From positions 6,861 to 70,860 of the forward strand of contig JAGHUH010000007.1 in the NCBI GenBank assembly GCA_018064925.1: a stretch of DNA of 64,000 bases, given 5' to 3'. The translations under genes were made by a program, and so were the position numbers. The stretch's first letter is position 1. Each line of letters opens with the position of its first letter. Shown here piece after piece: positions 20,905-29,702 of this stretch. Source of the stretch: Candidatus Cacconaster stercorequi. GTDB lineage: Bacteria > Bacillota > Clostridia > Oscillospirales > Oscillospiraceae. The notes below the pieces were generated by a model. The model saw nothing but the letters and a program-made list of their open reading frames with translations. It ran no database searches and was not told the origin of the DNA.

Positions 20905-21311
20905 CAGTCCACCTCCTCCATCATGCGGTTAAACAGTTCATTGATGCGTTCATGCTCCCCTCGGAGATACAGCCAACCCAGCAGCGCCTCCAACGCCGTG
21001 GCCTGCTGATACTGGGCGCGGCTGGCATTCTTGGGAATGCTGTTCACATTGGCGTTGCGTCCCCGCTTGAACACCGTCTGCTCGGCATCGGTAAGCATGG
21101 GCAAAATCTTTTCGCTCAGTTCCGCCTGACGCGGTGCGCGCACCAGCTCCACCGTGGCGCGATGTAATCCCTTACCGGTGGCTTTGCCCCGGGCACACAG
21201 CCATGTGCGCACCAACAACTCATACACACCGTCGCCCAGATGGGCAAGGCCGATGGAGCTGATGGCGCGAATCTCATCATCCGGCAAGTGGATGGAAAAA
21301 TAATCCGTCAT
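20904..21311 (-). CDS. mrnC: Mini-ribonuclease III
   Basis: LAHLGDGVYEL, KRGRNA, ATALEALLGWLYL. Confidence 0.92.
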   Translation of the reverse strand: MTDYFSIHLPDDEIRAISSIGLAHLGDGVYELLVRTWLCARGKATGKGLHRATVELVRAPRQAELSEKILPMLTDAEQTVFKRGRNANVNSIPKNASRAQYQQATALEALLGWLYLRGEHERINELFNRMMEEVD

Positions 21312-21447
21312 AGCGTTTCTCCTATGTCATCGTACTCTTTGGTTTAGTATGGCATTTTCCGCTGCAATAATCAAGTTTTTTGTGCATTGGCTCTTTGCTT
21401 TTGGCGACAAAAGGCGTATGATAGGCGCAAAGAAGGAAGGTGACAAC

Positions 21448-23259
21448 ATGACCGGAACGCAGGCGGTGGCCGCCATTGAACGCTGGCACGGCCCGGAAAA
21501 CACATTGGGTCTTACCCCCATCCGCACCCTGCTACACGCGTTGGGCGACCCCCAGAAGGAGCTAAAATTCGTCCATGTGGCGGGCAGCAATGGCAAGGGC
21601 AGTACCTGCGCCATGCTGTCCTCCGTTTTGCAGTACGCCGGTTATCGGGTGGGACTGTTTACCTCACCCTACATTCAGGATTTCCGGGAGCGCATCCAAA
21701 TAGGCGGTCAATGGATCCCCAATGATGAATTGGCTGCCATCACCGACGAGGTACTGCCCTTGGCGCAAGCGATACCGGGCATCCGGCAATTTGCGCTGAT
21801 CACTGCCATCGCCATGGTATACTTCCGCCGCCAAAGCTGCGATATCGTGGTGCTGGAGGTAGGCATGGGCGGCATTGTGGATGCCACCAACGCCATCGAC
21901 ACGCCGGAGGTGGCCGTGATCACCAACATCGGTCTGGAGCACACCGCCATTTTGGGGCGCACCGTGGAGGCAATTGCCGAAAAAAAAGCCGGCATTATCA
22001 AACCCGGCGGCCGCGCGGTCTGCTATGACGGTGATCCCGCCGTCACCGAGGTGATCCGCCGCCGCTGCGAACAGGTAAACGCCGCACTGCGCTGCGCGGA
22101 CAACGGCGCGCTGACACTTCTGCACCAAGACATGACCGGGCAGACTTTTTCCTATCGGGGCAAGACCTACACGCTCCCGCTTTTCGGCACCCATCAGCTT
22201 CGCAACGCCGCCGCGGCGCTGGAAACGGTGGCGCTTTTGCGCGATAGGGGATGGGACATTCCCGTCTCCGCCGTTGTCGGCGGTCTGGCGGCGGTACGCT
22301 GGCCCGCCCGCTTTGAGGTGCTGTGCCGCCAGCCCCTGTTCATTCTGGACGGCGGGCACAATCCCCAATGCGCACAATCGCTGGCGGATACCCTTGCCTC
22401 TTATCTGAATGGCGAAAAAGTCTGCTGTATCATGGGCGTGATGGACGACAAAAATATTGCCGCCATGATCGACGCGGTGGCGCCGCAGACTGCCCGCTTT
22501 TACTGCGCTGCGCCCCGCAGTGAGCGCGCCCTGCCCGCCGAAAGATTAGCCGCTCACATCCGTGCCCGGGGACTTCCCGCCACAGTCTGCACCGATGCGA
22601 GCGATGCCATCCGGCAGGCGCTGCAAAGCGGCTGTCCCGTGGTGGCCTTCGGCTCTCTCTATCTGGCCGGTGAGATCCGCACGGTCTTCCCCACCCTTTG
22701 TAAGGCGTTTCAGCGGAAAAGGTGTCTTGCGGCGCGGCGCACCCTATCCCCCCAGCAGCGGCAGGAAAAGAGCAATGCCGTCTGTCGCCGCCTGTCGCGT
22801 CTTCCGGAGGTACAACGCGCACAGGTGATTCTCTCCTACGCCGCCACGGAGGACGAGGTGACGCTCACCGCGCTGCATCAGGTTTTGCAGAAAAGCGGCA
22901 AGACCATTGCCTATCCCGTCACATTGCCGGGGCATCGGATGGAGGCTCGCGCACCGCTGACGGATGCGGATTGGATCAGCGGCGCATTTGGCATCCCCGT
23001 TCCCGACCCGCAGCGCTCCCTGCGCATCGCCCCGGAGGAAATCAACCTGGTGCTGGTGCCCTGCGTGGGCTTTGATGACCCATGTCACCGTCTGGGACAC
23101 GGCGGCGGCTACTATGACCGCTATCTGGCGCAGTGCTCCAACGCCGTCCCCATCGCCGCGGCATTCGAGGCACAGCATTTGGACGAGGTAATGACCGACG
23201 CCCGGGACATTCCCATGACCATGGTCGTTACGGAGAAGCGAATTTATCGAGAAAAATAA
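21448..23259 (+). CDS. folC: fused folylpolyglutamate synthase/dihydrofolate synthase and 5-formyltetrahydrofolate cyclo-ligase
   Basis: HVAGSNGKGST, LEVGMGG..DATN, WPARFE, LDGGHN, FGSLYL, then in-frame LVPCVGFD..RLGHGGGYYDRYL. Confidence 0.88.
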   Translation: MTGTQAVAAIERWHGPENTLGLTPIRTLLHALGDPQKELKFVHVAGSNGKGSTCAMLSSVLQYAGYRVGLFTSPYIQDFRERIQIGGQWIPNDELAAITDEVLPLAQAIPGIRQFALITAIAMVYFRRQSCDIVVLEVGMGGIVDATNAIDTPEVAVITNIGLEHTAILGRTVEAIAEKKAGIIKPGGRAVCYDGDPAVTEVIRRRCEQVNAALRCADNGALTLLHQDMTGQTFSYRGKTYTLPLFGTHQLRNAAAALETVALLRDRGWDIPVSAVVGGLAAVRWPARFEVLCRQPLFILDGGHNPQCAQSLADTLASYLNGEKVCCIMGVMDDKNIAAMIDAVAPQTARFYCAAPRSERALPAERLAAHIRARGLPATVCTDASDAIRQALQSGCPVVAFGSLYLAGEIRTVFPTLCKAFQRKRCLAARRTLSPQQRQEKSNAVCRRLSRLPEVQRAQVILSYAATEDEVTLTALHQVLQKSGKTIAYPVTLPGHRMEARAPLTDADWISGAFGIPVPDPQRSLRIAPEEINLVLVPCVGFDDPCHRLGHGGGYYDRYLAQCSNAVPIAAAFEAQHLDEVMTDARDIPMTMVVTEKRIYREK

Positions 23260-23338
23260 CAGAAAAGCACCGGATGCATCTGCCACAGCCACATAAGGAT
23301 ATATTTCAAAACTGCGTGGCAAGGCAAAAGCAAGCTGA

Positions 23339-23388
23339 AACAGGCACTGTGAAAAGCATTTCTGCAATTCACAGTGCCTGTCTTTTCC
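23339..23388. terminator. terminator-like hairpin at island left end
   Basis: ACAGGCACTGTGAA...TTCACAGTGCCTGT followed by CTTTT. Confidence 0.65.
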
Positions 23389-23435
23389 TTCTTATAATCC
23401 GCACATTCGATTTATCTGTTTGTTTTTCCCTACAA

Positions 23436-24011
23436 TTAAGGGGAAATAAAAACAGGAGGTCGCAAGACTATCGTCTTGCGTTGCAGGCAGCGGGTATTCA
23501 GCTTAATCTCTCCGCCGCAGTCGCACTTGCAGTGCCATATGACGGAACCCTTTCCATCTCTTTTGTCCGTTGGATATAATGCCGTCAGCCGGCCTTTTCT
23601 TTGGCCGGTTATATCCTTATATTTCGGTTTTTCGCCCATCCCACAACCGCAGTCTTTTGCTTTGTTTCTCTGCAGCTGCTTCGCGGGTACAATGATATGT
23701 TTCCCACACTCGCACTTCCACAGGAATGCTCCCTCGTCGGATTTTCCTATCATACGAAGAGCAGTTAGCGCACCGTATTTCATTCCTGCCCTGTCTTTGG
23801 GTTTCTGGTGAGCGTTGCGAAGTTCGCTTGATCTACAGCCGCAGTGGGTCGTTCTGTGCGCGGTAAGATTCTTTGTATTTACTACGATTTCATTCCCACA
23901 GTCGCAGCAGCAATGCCATGTATAATACCTGTCCCGGAGACCTTCTGCCTTTTCAAGAACCGTCAGATTCCCAAATCTTTCTCCGGTCAGATCTCCGGTT
24001 TTTCTGCTCAT
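23436..24011 (-). pseudogene. 3'-truncated Cys-repeat (WxCxCDCG...SCGC) protein, no AP2 domain
   Basis: about 3 repeats; last repeat breaks at the SCG motif (TCTTGCG out of frame near 23461); ATGA overlap with upstream paralogue. Confidence 0.7.
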
Positions 24012-25243
24012 TGATATCCACCTGTTTCTGCAGAATATTCGTTGTAGTACCATTCAAGGAACTCCCCGAACACTCTGTCTTCTGCCTGTTTTCTCACCTG
24101 AACAGCCTGAGCCAAGCTGTCATAGGTTCCGAGATAATATACTTTTTTCTTAAAGGTGATGACTGCGCGCCATTTGCCGTGATCATTTTGTACGCCAGTG
24201 TATCCACTTGTATTGTCGGAACGAAGCTTCTTTGTGCTTTCTATTCGTTCCACGCAGGTCCCGTCTATGAAATGGCAGAAATCTGCAATACCTTTCCCGT
24301 TTCGGACTCGCTCACTGACGATCTCTCTTGTGGTGCATCCACAGCTTTTGGTGCCTCCACTGAGAAGAGCATGGGTACCGACTTTTGTTTCCTTTCCGCA
24401 GTCGCATTTACAGAGCCATGCGTAGTTTGACCCTATCTTTTCATCCAGTCGCTTAATTGCAACCAGCTTTCCGAAACGCTGACCGGCCAGGTCTTTGATA
24501 TTGCTAACCCCGCGCTGACAACCGCAGCTTTGTATAATGCCGGAGGAGATTTTATATGCTTCCGTCAGGAACTCTTTCCCACAGTCACAACGGCATCGCC
24601 ACAGGATGCTTGTCCTGCGCATCACATCAGTCGGCTCAATCGCAACGACCATTCCGGAACGCATGCCCGAAATGTCCTTGCGTTTTCGTTTCCCCCTCAT
24701 ACATCCGCAGGAAGTTGTTCTGCCTGACAGAAGGGAAGAGGAAAGGATCGTCTTTTCAGTTCCGCAGTCACATACACAGCGGTAGTTCTTTTCCGTCAAT
24801 CGCTCCACAACAGTCAGATTTCCGAAACGCTTTCCGGTCAGATCTGCGGCATCATATGCTTTATTGGAAACACAGCCGCAATCCTGTACGATACCGTTTT
24901 CCAGATGTGTTTTCTTGACAGTACATTCCTTTCCGCAGTCACAGCGACAGCGCCAGACGGCCTGTCCTGCATTCGCGTCCGATACTTTCTCCATAGCAGT
25001 CAGCATCCCGAAACGCTGTCCCGTCAGATCCTTATAATGCGGCCCGCGTAAACAGCCGCAGCTTTTTATTGTCTGATTGACAATCTTATATGCTTCCAGC
25101 AGGATTTCGCCGCCGCAGTCACACTTGCAGCGCCACAATGTACGCCTGGCTGCTTTGTCAAAGATTTTCTCTACGGCAACCAGACGCCCGGACCTAAGCC
25201 CGGTTATATCCTTAAATCTGGTAGCATTCCCCGAGTTTTTCAT
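24008..25243 (-). CDS. protein with five Cys-rich repeats and C-terminal AP2-like DNA-binding domain
   Basis: 5 x DLTG.RFG.L...W.C.CDCG.E...SCGC, then NTSGYTGV...KWRA.I...YLG.Y....A...R..AE. Confidence 0.85.
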   Translation of the reverse strand: MKNSGNATRFKDITGLRSGRLVAVEKIFDKAARRTLWRCKCDCGGEILLEAYKIVNQTIKSCGCLRGPHYKDLTGQRFGMLTAMEKVSDANAGQAVWRCRCDCGKECTVKKTHLENGIVQDCGCVSNKAYDAADLTGKRFGNLTVVERLTEKNYRCVCDCGTEKTILSSSLLSGRTTSCGCMRGKRKRKDISGMRSGMVVAIEPTDVMRRTSILWRCRCDCGKEFLTEAYKISSGIIQSCGCQRGVSNIKDLAGQRFGKLVAIKRLDEKIGSNYAWLCKCDCGKETKVGTHALLSGGTKSCGCTTREIVSERVRNGKGIADFCHFIDGTCVERIESTKKLRSDNTSGYTGVQNDHGKWRAVITFKKKVYYLGTYDSLAQAVQVRKQAEDRVFGEFLEWYYNEYSAETGGYQ

Positions 25244-25279
25244 ATGCTACCTTCTTCTTACTATTTTTCCTTCGGACGC

Positions 25280-26227
25280 CTACTCGCTGAATGTTGATAA
25301 TTCCGGAGATATGGAAACAGAAAGTCCATCACTTCCTTTAGAAACCACAAGCCGGATCGGATTGACTGCCGCCCATTCGGGACAGTTTTCCGCATACGCT
25401 TTATATGCGTCATAGTAGTCGGCAAAACTGTCAAATAGCACTGCTTCCGCTTCTTTTCTTGCTTTTACGGCATCTTCGATAGAATCATATTTTCCCAGAT
25501 GGTACTGCTTCTTCTGAAACACGATTTTCGCAAGATACTTCCCGTGAATGTTGTACACTCCACGGTAACCGGTCGTATTGTCTGTCGGTATCTTTTTGCT
25601 TCTGATCGCCTCAATAGAAGTTCCTTCAATATGCGTAAGAAACGAAGCCAGTTTCCTGTCATGTTCCCGTTTTGCGCAGCCACAGCTCTGAATATTGCTG
25701 TACATGAGTTCGTTATAGGATATGTCCACTTCATTGCCGCAGTCGCACTTGCAGTGCCATACTACCGAACCTTTACCTGTTCGTTTATCTGTTGGAAATA
25801 AGGCAACAAGCTTTCTAAATCTCTTGCCCGCAATGTCGGAAGCAGCATAATGTTTTTCGTTCTTGCAGCCGCAGTTTGTTTTCCTTCCCATTACAAGAAG
25901 AGTCGCAGAAATATCACATTCCTCTCCGCAGATACATCTGCATTTCCACCGGATGCCGCCATTTTTCTCATGTGTTGATGATTTCTCTATTACGGTCAGG
26001 TCTCCGAATACTTTTCCCGAAAGCTCATGTGCAACGGCTTTTGCTGCGTTTTCTTTTCTGATGCAACCGCAGCTTTTGCTGCCGCCATAGAGCAGACTGC
26101 GCTCAAGAACATATCTCTCCGTTCCGCAGTCGCAGCGGCAAAACCATTTCCGTTCACCGTTAGCTGCTGTTATGGAATTATCAAGAACAGTCCAGCGTCC
26201 GAATCGTTCACCTGATATATTCTTCAT
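25280..26227 (-). CDS. protein with three Cys-rich repeats and AP2-like domain
   Basis: 3 repeats, then NTTGYRGV...KYLAKI...HLGKY.SIEDAVKARKEAE. Confidence 0.85.
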   Translation of the reverse strand: MKNISGERFGRWTVLDNSITAANGERKWFCRCDCGTERYVLERSLLYGGSKSCGCIRKENAAKAVAHELSGKVFGDLTVIEKSSTHEKNGGIRWKCRCICGEECDISATLLVMGRKTNCGCKNEKHYAASDIAGKRFRKLVALFPTDKRTGKGSVVWHCKCDCGNEVDISYNELMYSNIQSCGCAKREHDRKLASFLTHIEGTSIEAIRSKKIPTDNTTGYRGVYNIHGKYLAKIVFQKKQYHLGKYDSIEDAVKARKEAEAVLFDSFADYYDAYKAYAENCPEWAAVNPIRLVVSKGSDGLSVSISPELSTFSE

Positions 26228-26240
26228 TTGTCATTTATTC

Positions 26241-26273
26241 AGAACCCGCTGGATTTTATATCCAGCGGGTTCT
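26241..26273 (-). terminator. 14-bp stem-loop after the pilus operon
   Basis: AGAACCCGCTGGAT-TTTAT-ATCCAGCGGGTTCT; no U tract on - strand. Confidence 0.55.
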
Positions 26274-26279
26274 TATGTC

Positions 26280-26882
26280 TTAATACTTTTTCTGCTTCTT
26301 TCTCTCGAAGAACAATACACCAGCTCCAGCGGCTCCGCTTATTATCATCAGAGACATCCACAGTAGCAGATGAGTTTCGTCGCCGGTCTTGGGCTGGTTG
26401 GGATTGTAGTATACATTCTTAAATGAGATCCCGTCTTGTTTCCCATCTGATCCTTCGGAGTTAAGCACAACAGTAACCGTCAGAGCATCTTCTTCTGTTT
26501 CAGAATCCAGTACATAAACGGTCGCTGTATAGACGGTATGGTCATAGGTTTCATTGGCCGACTTACCGACCATCTGGTATATCTTGTACTGATAGATGCC
26601 TACCGTCGTGAATTCAATTGCAGGGAAATCCTCTTTTCCCGCGCCTGTAATGGTCAGCTTATATGCACCGTCTTCGCTGCCTGCCGGCATAGGGTTGCTG
26701 CTGTCTAACGGCTCAAGCATAACAGTATACTTTTCTGCCGGAATTGGCTTCGGGCCGCCGATTGTCACTTTTGCGGAAAACACCGTGCTTTGAGGCTCCG
26801 CGGCAAATGCATTCACAGCGAACGCAGACAGGCAGAGCAGCATAACCAAAGCCAGGGCGGTAATCCTGTATAATCTTTTCAT
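26280..26882 (-). CDS. basal/minor pilin (FctB/Spy0128-like domain), QPKTG sorting signal
   Basis: signal peptide, GIYQYKIYQ..YD...Y motif, F.N.Y, QPKTG + TM + basic tail. Confidence 0.8.
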   Translation of the reverse strand: MKRLYRITALALVMLLCLSAFAVNAFAAEPQSTVFSAKVTIGGPKPIPAEKYTVMLEPLDSSNPMPAGSEDGAYKLTITGAGKEDFPAIEFTTVGIYQYKIYQMVGKSANETYDHTVYTATVYVLDSETEEDALTVTVVLNSEGSDGKQDGISFKNVYYNPNQPKTGDETHLLLWMSLMIISGAAGAGVLFFERKKQKKY

Positions 26883-26896
26883 GATAGATTATCCTC

Positions 26897-27676
26897 CTAA
26901 ATTGCGGGTATCGGCTGCATCACAGCCAGAACAACAGTCCTTGCGTCGGTGAACTCGGCAGAGCAGGTGGAAAGTCCCAAAATGTGGAATCCGGTGTTCT
27001 GATCTGCCGCCTTCGAGATCACGGTGCTGTCAAAATAAATGGAGTTTTTTTCTGCGAAATCCAGCAGCGAACCAATGCTTTCCTCCGTGTACTCCTGCGG
27101 TTCAAATATTTTATCTTCGGAGGCCGCAACCTGCATGATGGCAAAAATCTCCAATTTACGGGCGCCATTCGGCAGCAACAGCGTACCGCCCCGGTTCTGT
27201 TCAAAGAAATCTTTATCCAGAAACAGATCCAGATCGCCGAACATATTCCCTTTGTCCATGTGGTGGCCGTACAGCAGAGAAAAGGAATCGGAAAAATCAC
27301 GCATATTCCGCGCGTCCAGAAAAATGCTGCCCGCCAAGGCAAAGTCCCCGTAAAAGTTGCGGTTGATATAACTCAGATTAGTTTCTCCCTGCAAAACAGG
27401 GAAGTCGATTTTAGTATTATTGATCTCAATCCACGCGCAGACATCGGAGTTTATTGATAAGAGCTCCTGAAAGCTCGGCAGGGCATTATCATCCCCCGTT
27501 TCCGGGATCGGTTTCAGCGCCAGCATCTCGCTTTGTATGTTCACAGCCTCGGCATAAATCCGGTTATTATCCCACAGCGCATAAGCAGAATAGAGCATTA
27601 CCGACAGCATGAGCAGAATCAGTCCAGCATTAAGGACGCTGTTTGCCATATTCAGGAATGATCGCGCAACTTTCAA
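26897..27676 (-). CDS. srtB: class B sortase (pilus-specific)
   Basis: AWIEI.NT.IDFPVLQ, GSIFLD, YGHHM...MFG, GLSTC...ART. Confidence 0.92.
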   Translation of the reverse strand: MKVARSFLNMANSVLNAGLILLMLSVMLYSAYALWDNNRIYAEAVNIQSEMLALKPIPETGDDNALPSFQELLSINSDVCAWIEINNTKIDFPVLQGETNLSYINRNFYGDFALAGSIFLDARNMRDFSDSFSLLYGHHMDKGNMFGDLDLFLDKDFFEQNRGGTLLLPNGARKLEIFAIMQVAASEDKIFEPQEYTEESIGSLLDFAEKNSIYFDSTVISKAADQNTGFHILGLSTCSAEFTDARTVVLAVMQPIPAI

Positions 27677-27703
27677 ACTTGCAAACTCCTTTGTCTGTCA
27701 AAG

Positions 27704-27731
27704 TCCGGGCAGGACTGTTTACCTGCCCGGA
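27704..27731 (-). terminator. intra-operon hairpin after backbone pilin
   Basis: TCCGGGCAGG...CCTGCCCGGA. Confidence 0.55.
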
Positions 27732-27750
27732 GAATGATCAAATGCTTAAA

Positions 27751-28713
27751 TCAGTTGAAGCGCTTTTTGCCGAGAAGGACGAACATACCGAGAGCTGCAA
27801 CGGCAAAGAGAGCAATGAAGGGAGCACTGTCGAGGCTGATGCCGGTGTCAACAATAGTTCCCTTGTCATTGACGAATTCAGCAGTAGCACCGTCCTTGGT
27901 AATCGTGCCGGTGTCACCGTTCTTGCTCGTGGTGTAATCCGTATATTTTTCTTCAGCGACAGTGTAGCTGGTGCCGGCGGGAAGGTTGCCGATGGTTACA
28001 GTCTCGCCATGCTTGAGGTAGAAGACATTAGCGCCCATTTGCAATTCTCCGGTCTTGGGATTGCTTGTATAGGAGCCGCCGGAAACAGTAAAGAGTTCAG
28101 GATAATAGGTCTTGCCCTCTTCGCCGGTGAGAGTCACGGTGAACTTGAAGAACTTGGTCTTGTCGCCAAGTTTACCGGTAACGGTCTTTTTGATAGCAAG
28201 AGTGCCCGGATCATATTCGTTGTCAACCACATTAGTCTTTGTGCCTTCAGCAGTTCCCTTACGAACAGCTGCTACGCGAACAAGTTTTCCATCCTGCTCA
28301 ATTACGGTAATCTTGAGGAAAAGGGGCGTTTCATTGTAGGTGACGCCGGCAGTGTTGCCTGCGGTTTCGGTAATTTTATAGGTGTAAATACCTACGCCAC
28401 TATCTGCGTAGTCGGGTAGGGTCACATTGAAGGTCTTTGAATTGTTAGCTGTGAGCTTAACAAAAGCAACCGTGTCTGCGGGGATGGTGGGCATAGGCAT
28501 ATTATCTTTGGTTACGCCTTCTTTTGCATCGGTAACACTGACTGCCTCGATGGTGAACTTAAAGGTCTCTGCGGGAGACTGTCCGCCGGTGATGATGTAG
28601 TTCTTGGTAATGGTTACCTCTGAAACATCTTGATAATTTTCGTCTGCGAATGCAGTGACGCTGAGGCTCAGGATGAGTACGAGAGCCAAAAGAATGCTGA
28701 TAGTTTTTTTCAT
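27751..28713 (-). CDS. backbone pilin (FctA/T-antigen-like), VDTG sorting signal
   Basis: signal peptide, GIYTYKITE, L.IKKTVTG..GDKTK.F.F domain, IVDTGISLD + TM + KKR. Confidence 0.82.
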   Translation of the reverse strand: MKKTISILLALVLILSLSVTAFADENYQDVSEVTITKNYIITGGQSPAETFKFTIEAVSVTDAKEGVTKDNMPMPTIPADTVAFVKLTANNSKTFNVTLPDYADSGVGIYTYKITETAGNTAGVTYNETPLFLKITVIEQDGKLVRVAAVRKGTAEGTKTNVVDNEYDPGTLAIKKTVTGKLGDKTKFFKFTVTLTGEEGKTYYPELFTVSGGSYTSNPKTGELQMGANVFYLKHGETVTIGNLPAGTSYTVAEEKYTDYTTSKNGDTGTITKDGATAEFVNDKGTIVDTGISLDSAPFIALFAVAALGMFVLLGKKRFN

Positions 28714-28792
28714 GTTTTCTTCTCCTTTTTGAAAATTTTGTACTTTTACAATAGATTATTTGGATAATAAAATATTGTCTTGTATCGTGCGG

Positions 28793-29341
28793 TCAGATAC
28801 CGCGCCGGCGCATGACGGTAATCACCTTACCGATCAGATCATCCGCAGAGACCGCGCCGAAGTCTCTGCTATCTGTACTGTTTGTACGGTAATCCCCGAG
28901 AATATAAAAACTGTTTTCCGGAACACGCAACTCTGTGCCACCGTCCTCTCTGGGATAGGTCGCAAAATAGATCTCTCCGGACTGCGTGGTGCCGTTGACG
29001 ATGAGTGCGCCACTTTCCGTGATCTGAACCACATCACCCTCTCCGGCAACGACACGGCCAATCCGCTTTTCCCCTTCATGGGAGTACACTACCGGATCGT
29101 TCTGGTAATAGTCCTTCTGCAGCCGATAGGCAATTACGAGATCTCCGTCTTTTACAGCCGGGAACATCTCATTTCCCGAAGCTGACAGGATCGCAAAGCC
29201 ATAATTCAGCACCAACCAGGCAGCAGCGGCGATGAAGATCAGCCGGAACAGGAGTTCGATATAGCCGCGCCGCAGACCGGCCGCTGATCCGCGCTGCCTG
29301 AGGATCTCCTCGGTAGAAAGCGCTGTGTTGCTTCGGCTCAT
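28793..29341 (-). CDS. SipA/LepA-like signal peptidase I homologue, predicted inactive
   Basis: S26 motifs MFP..KDGD, GDYRTNSTDSRDFG; GNEM replaces GxSM and IGRV replaces IKRV. Confidence 0.82.
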   Translation of the reverse strand: MSRSNTALSTEEILRQRGSAAGLRRGYIELLFRLIFIAAAAWLVLNYGFAILSASGNEMFPAVKDGDLVIAYRLQKDYYQNDPVVYSHEGEKRIGRVVAGEGDVVQITESGALIVNGTTQSGEIYFATYPREDGGTELRVPENSFYILGDYRTNSTDSRDFGAVSADDLIGKVITVMRRRGI

Positions 29342-29697
29342 GGCAGATTCTCCCCATCCGCTGCGACAATGCCATTCAGCGCTGTCTCGGCTTCTCTCTG
29401 CGTCTCTGCCAGAAGGGTATCATAGCGGATCCGCTCCGCACGAAGTTCCGCTTCATACAGCTTGTTAAGCTCTGTAAGTTTTTTCCAGAGATCCTGCTCA
29501 TCCACCCCGTAAAAGCATTTTTTGAATTTCAGCTTCTGGAGATAGGCATTGATGTCCCGCCGTTCCGCGCTTACTCGGTTCACGGGTGCAGACTTTTCTT
29601 TTCCGATCCCGCTTTTTCGGGCTGGCTCCGATGTTGTCGGAGCCGGCCTTTTTGCTGCTTTCGGATCATGAGACACTTTCATCCAGTTCATCGCCAT
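29338..29697 (-). CDS. hypothetical protein with DivIVA-like motif
   Basis: LKFKKCFYGVDEQDLWKKL followed by a coiled coil; coupled to sipA by ATGA overlap. Confidence 0.65.
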   Translation of the reverse strand: MAMNWMKVSHDPKAAKRPAPTTSEPARKSGIGKEKSAPVNRVSAERRDINAYLQKLKFKKCFYGVDEQDLWKKLTELNKLYEAELRAERIRYDTLLAETQREAETALNGIVAADGENLP

Positions 29698-29702
29698 GCT
29701 GC

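Noticed and set aside
23436-26227. HNH homing endonucleases or prophage remnant
   Set aside because: No HNH catalytic motif is visible and no phage structural genes are nearby.
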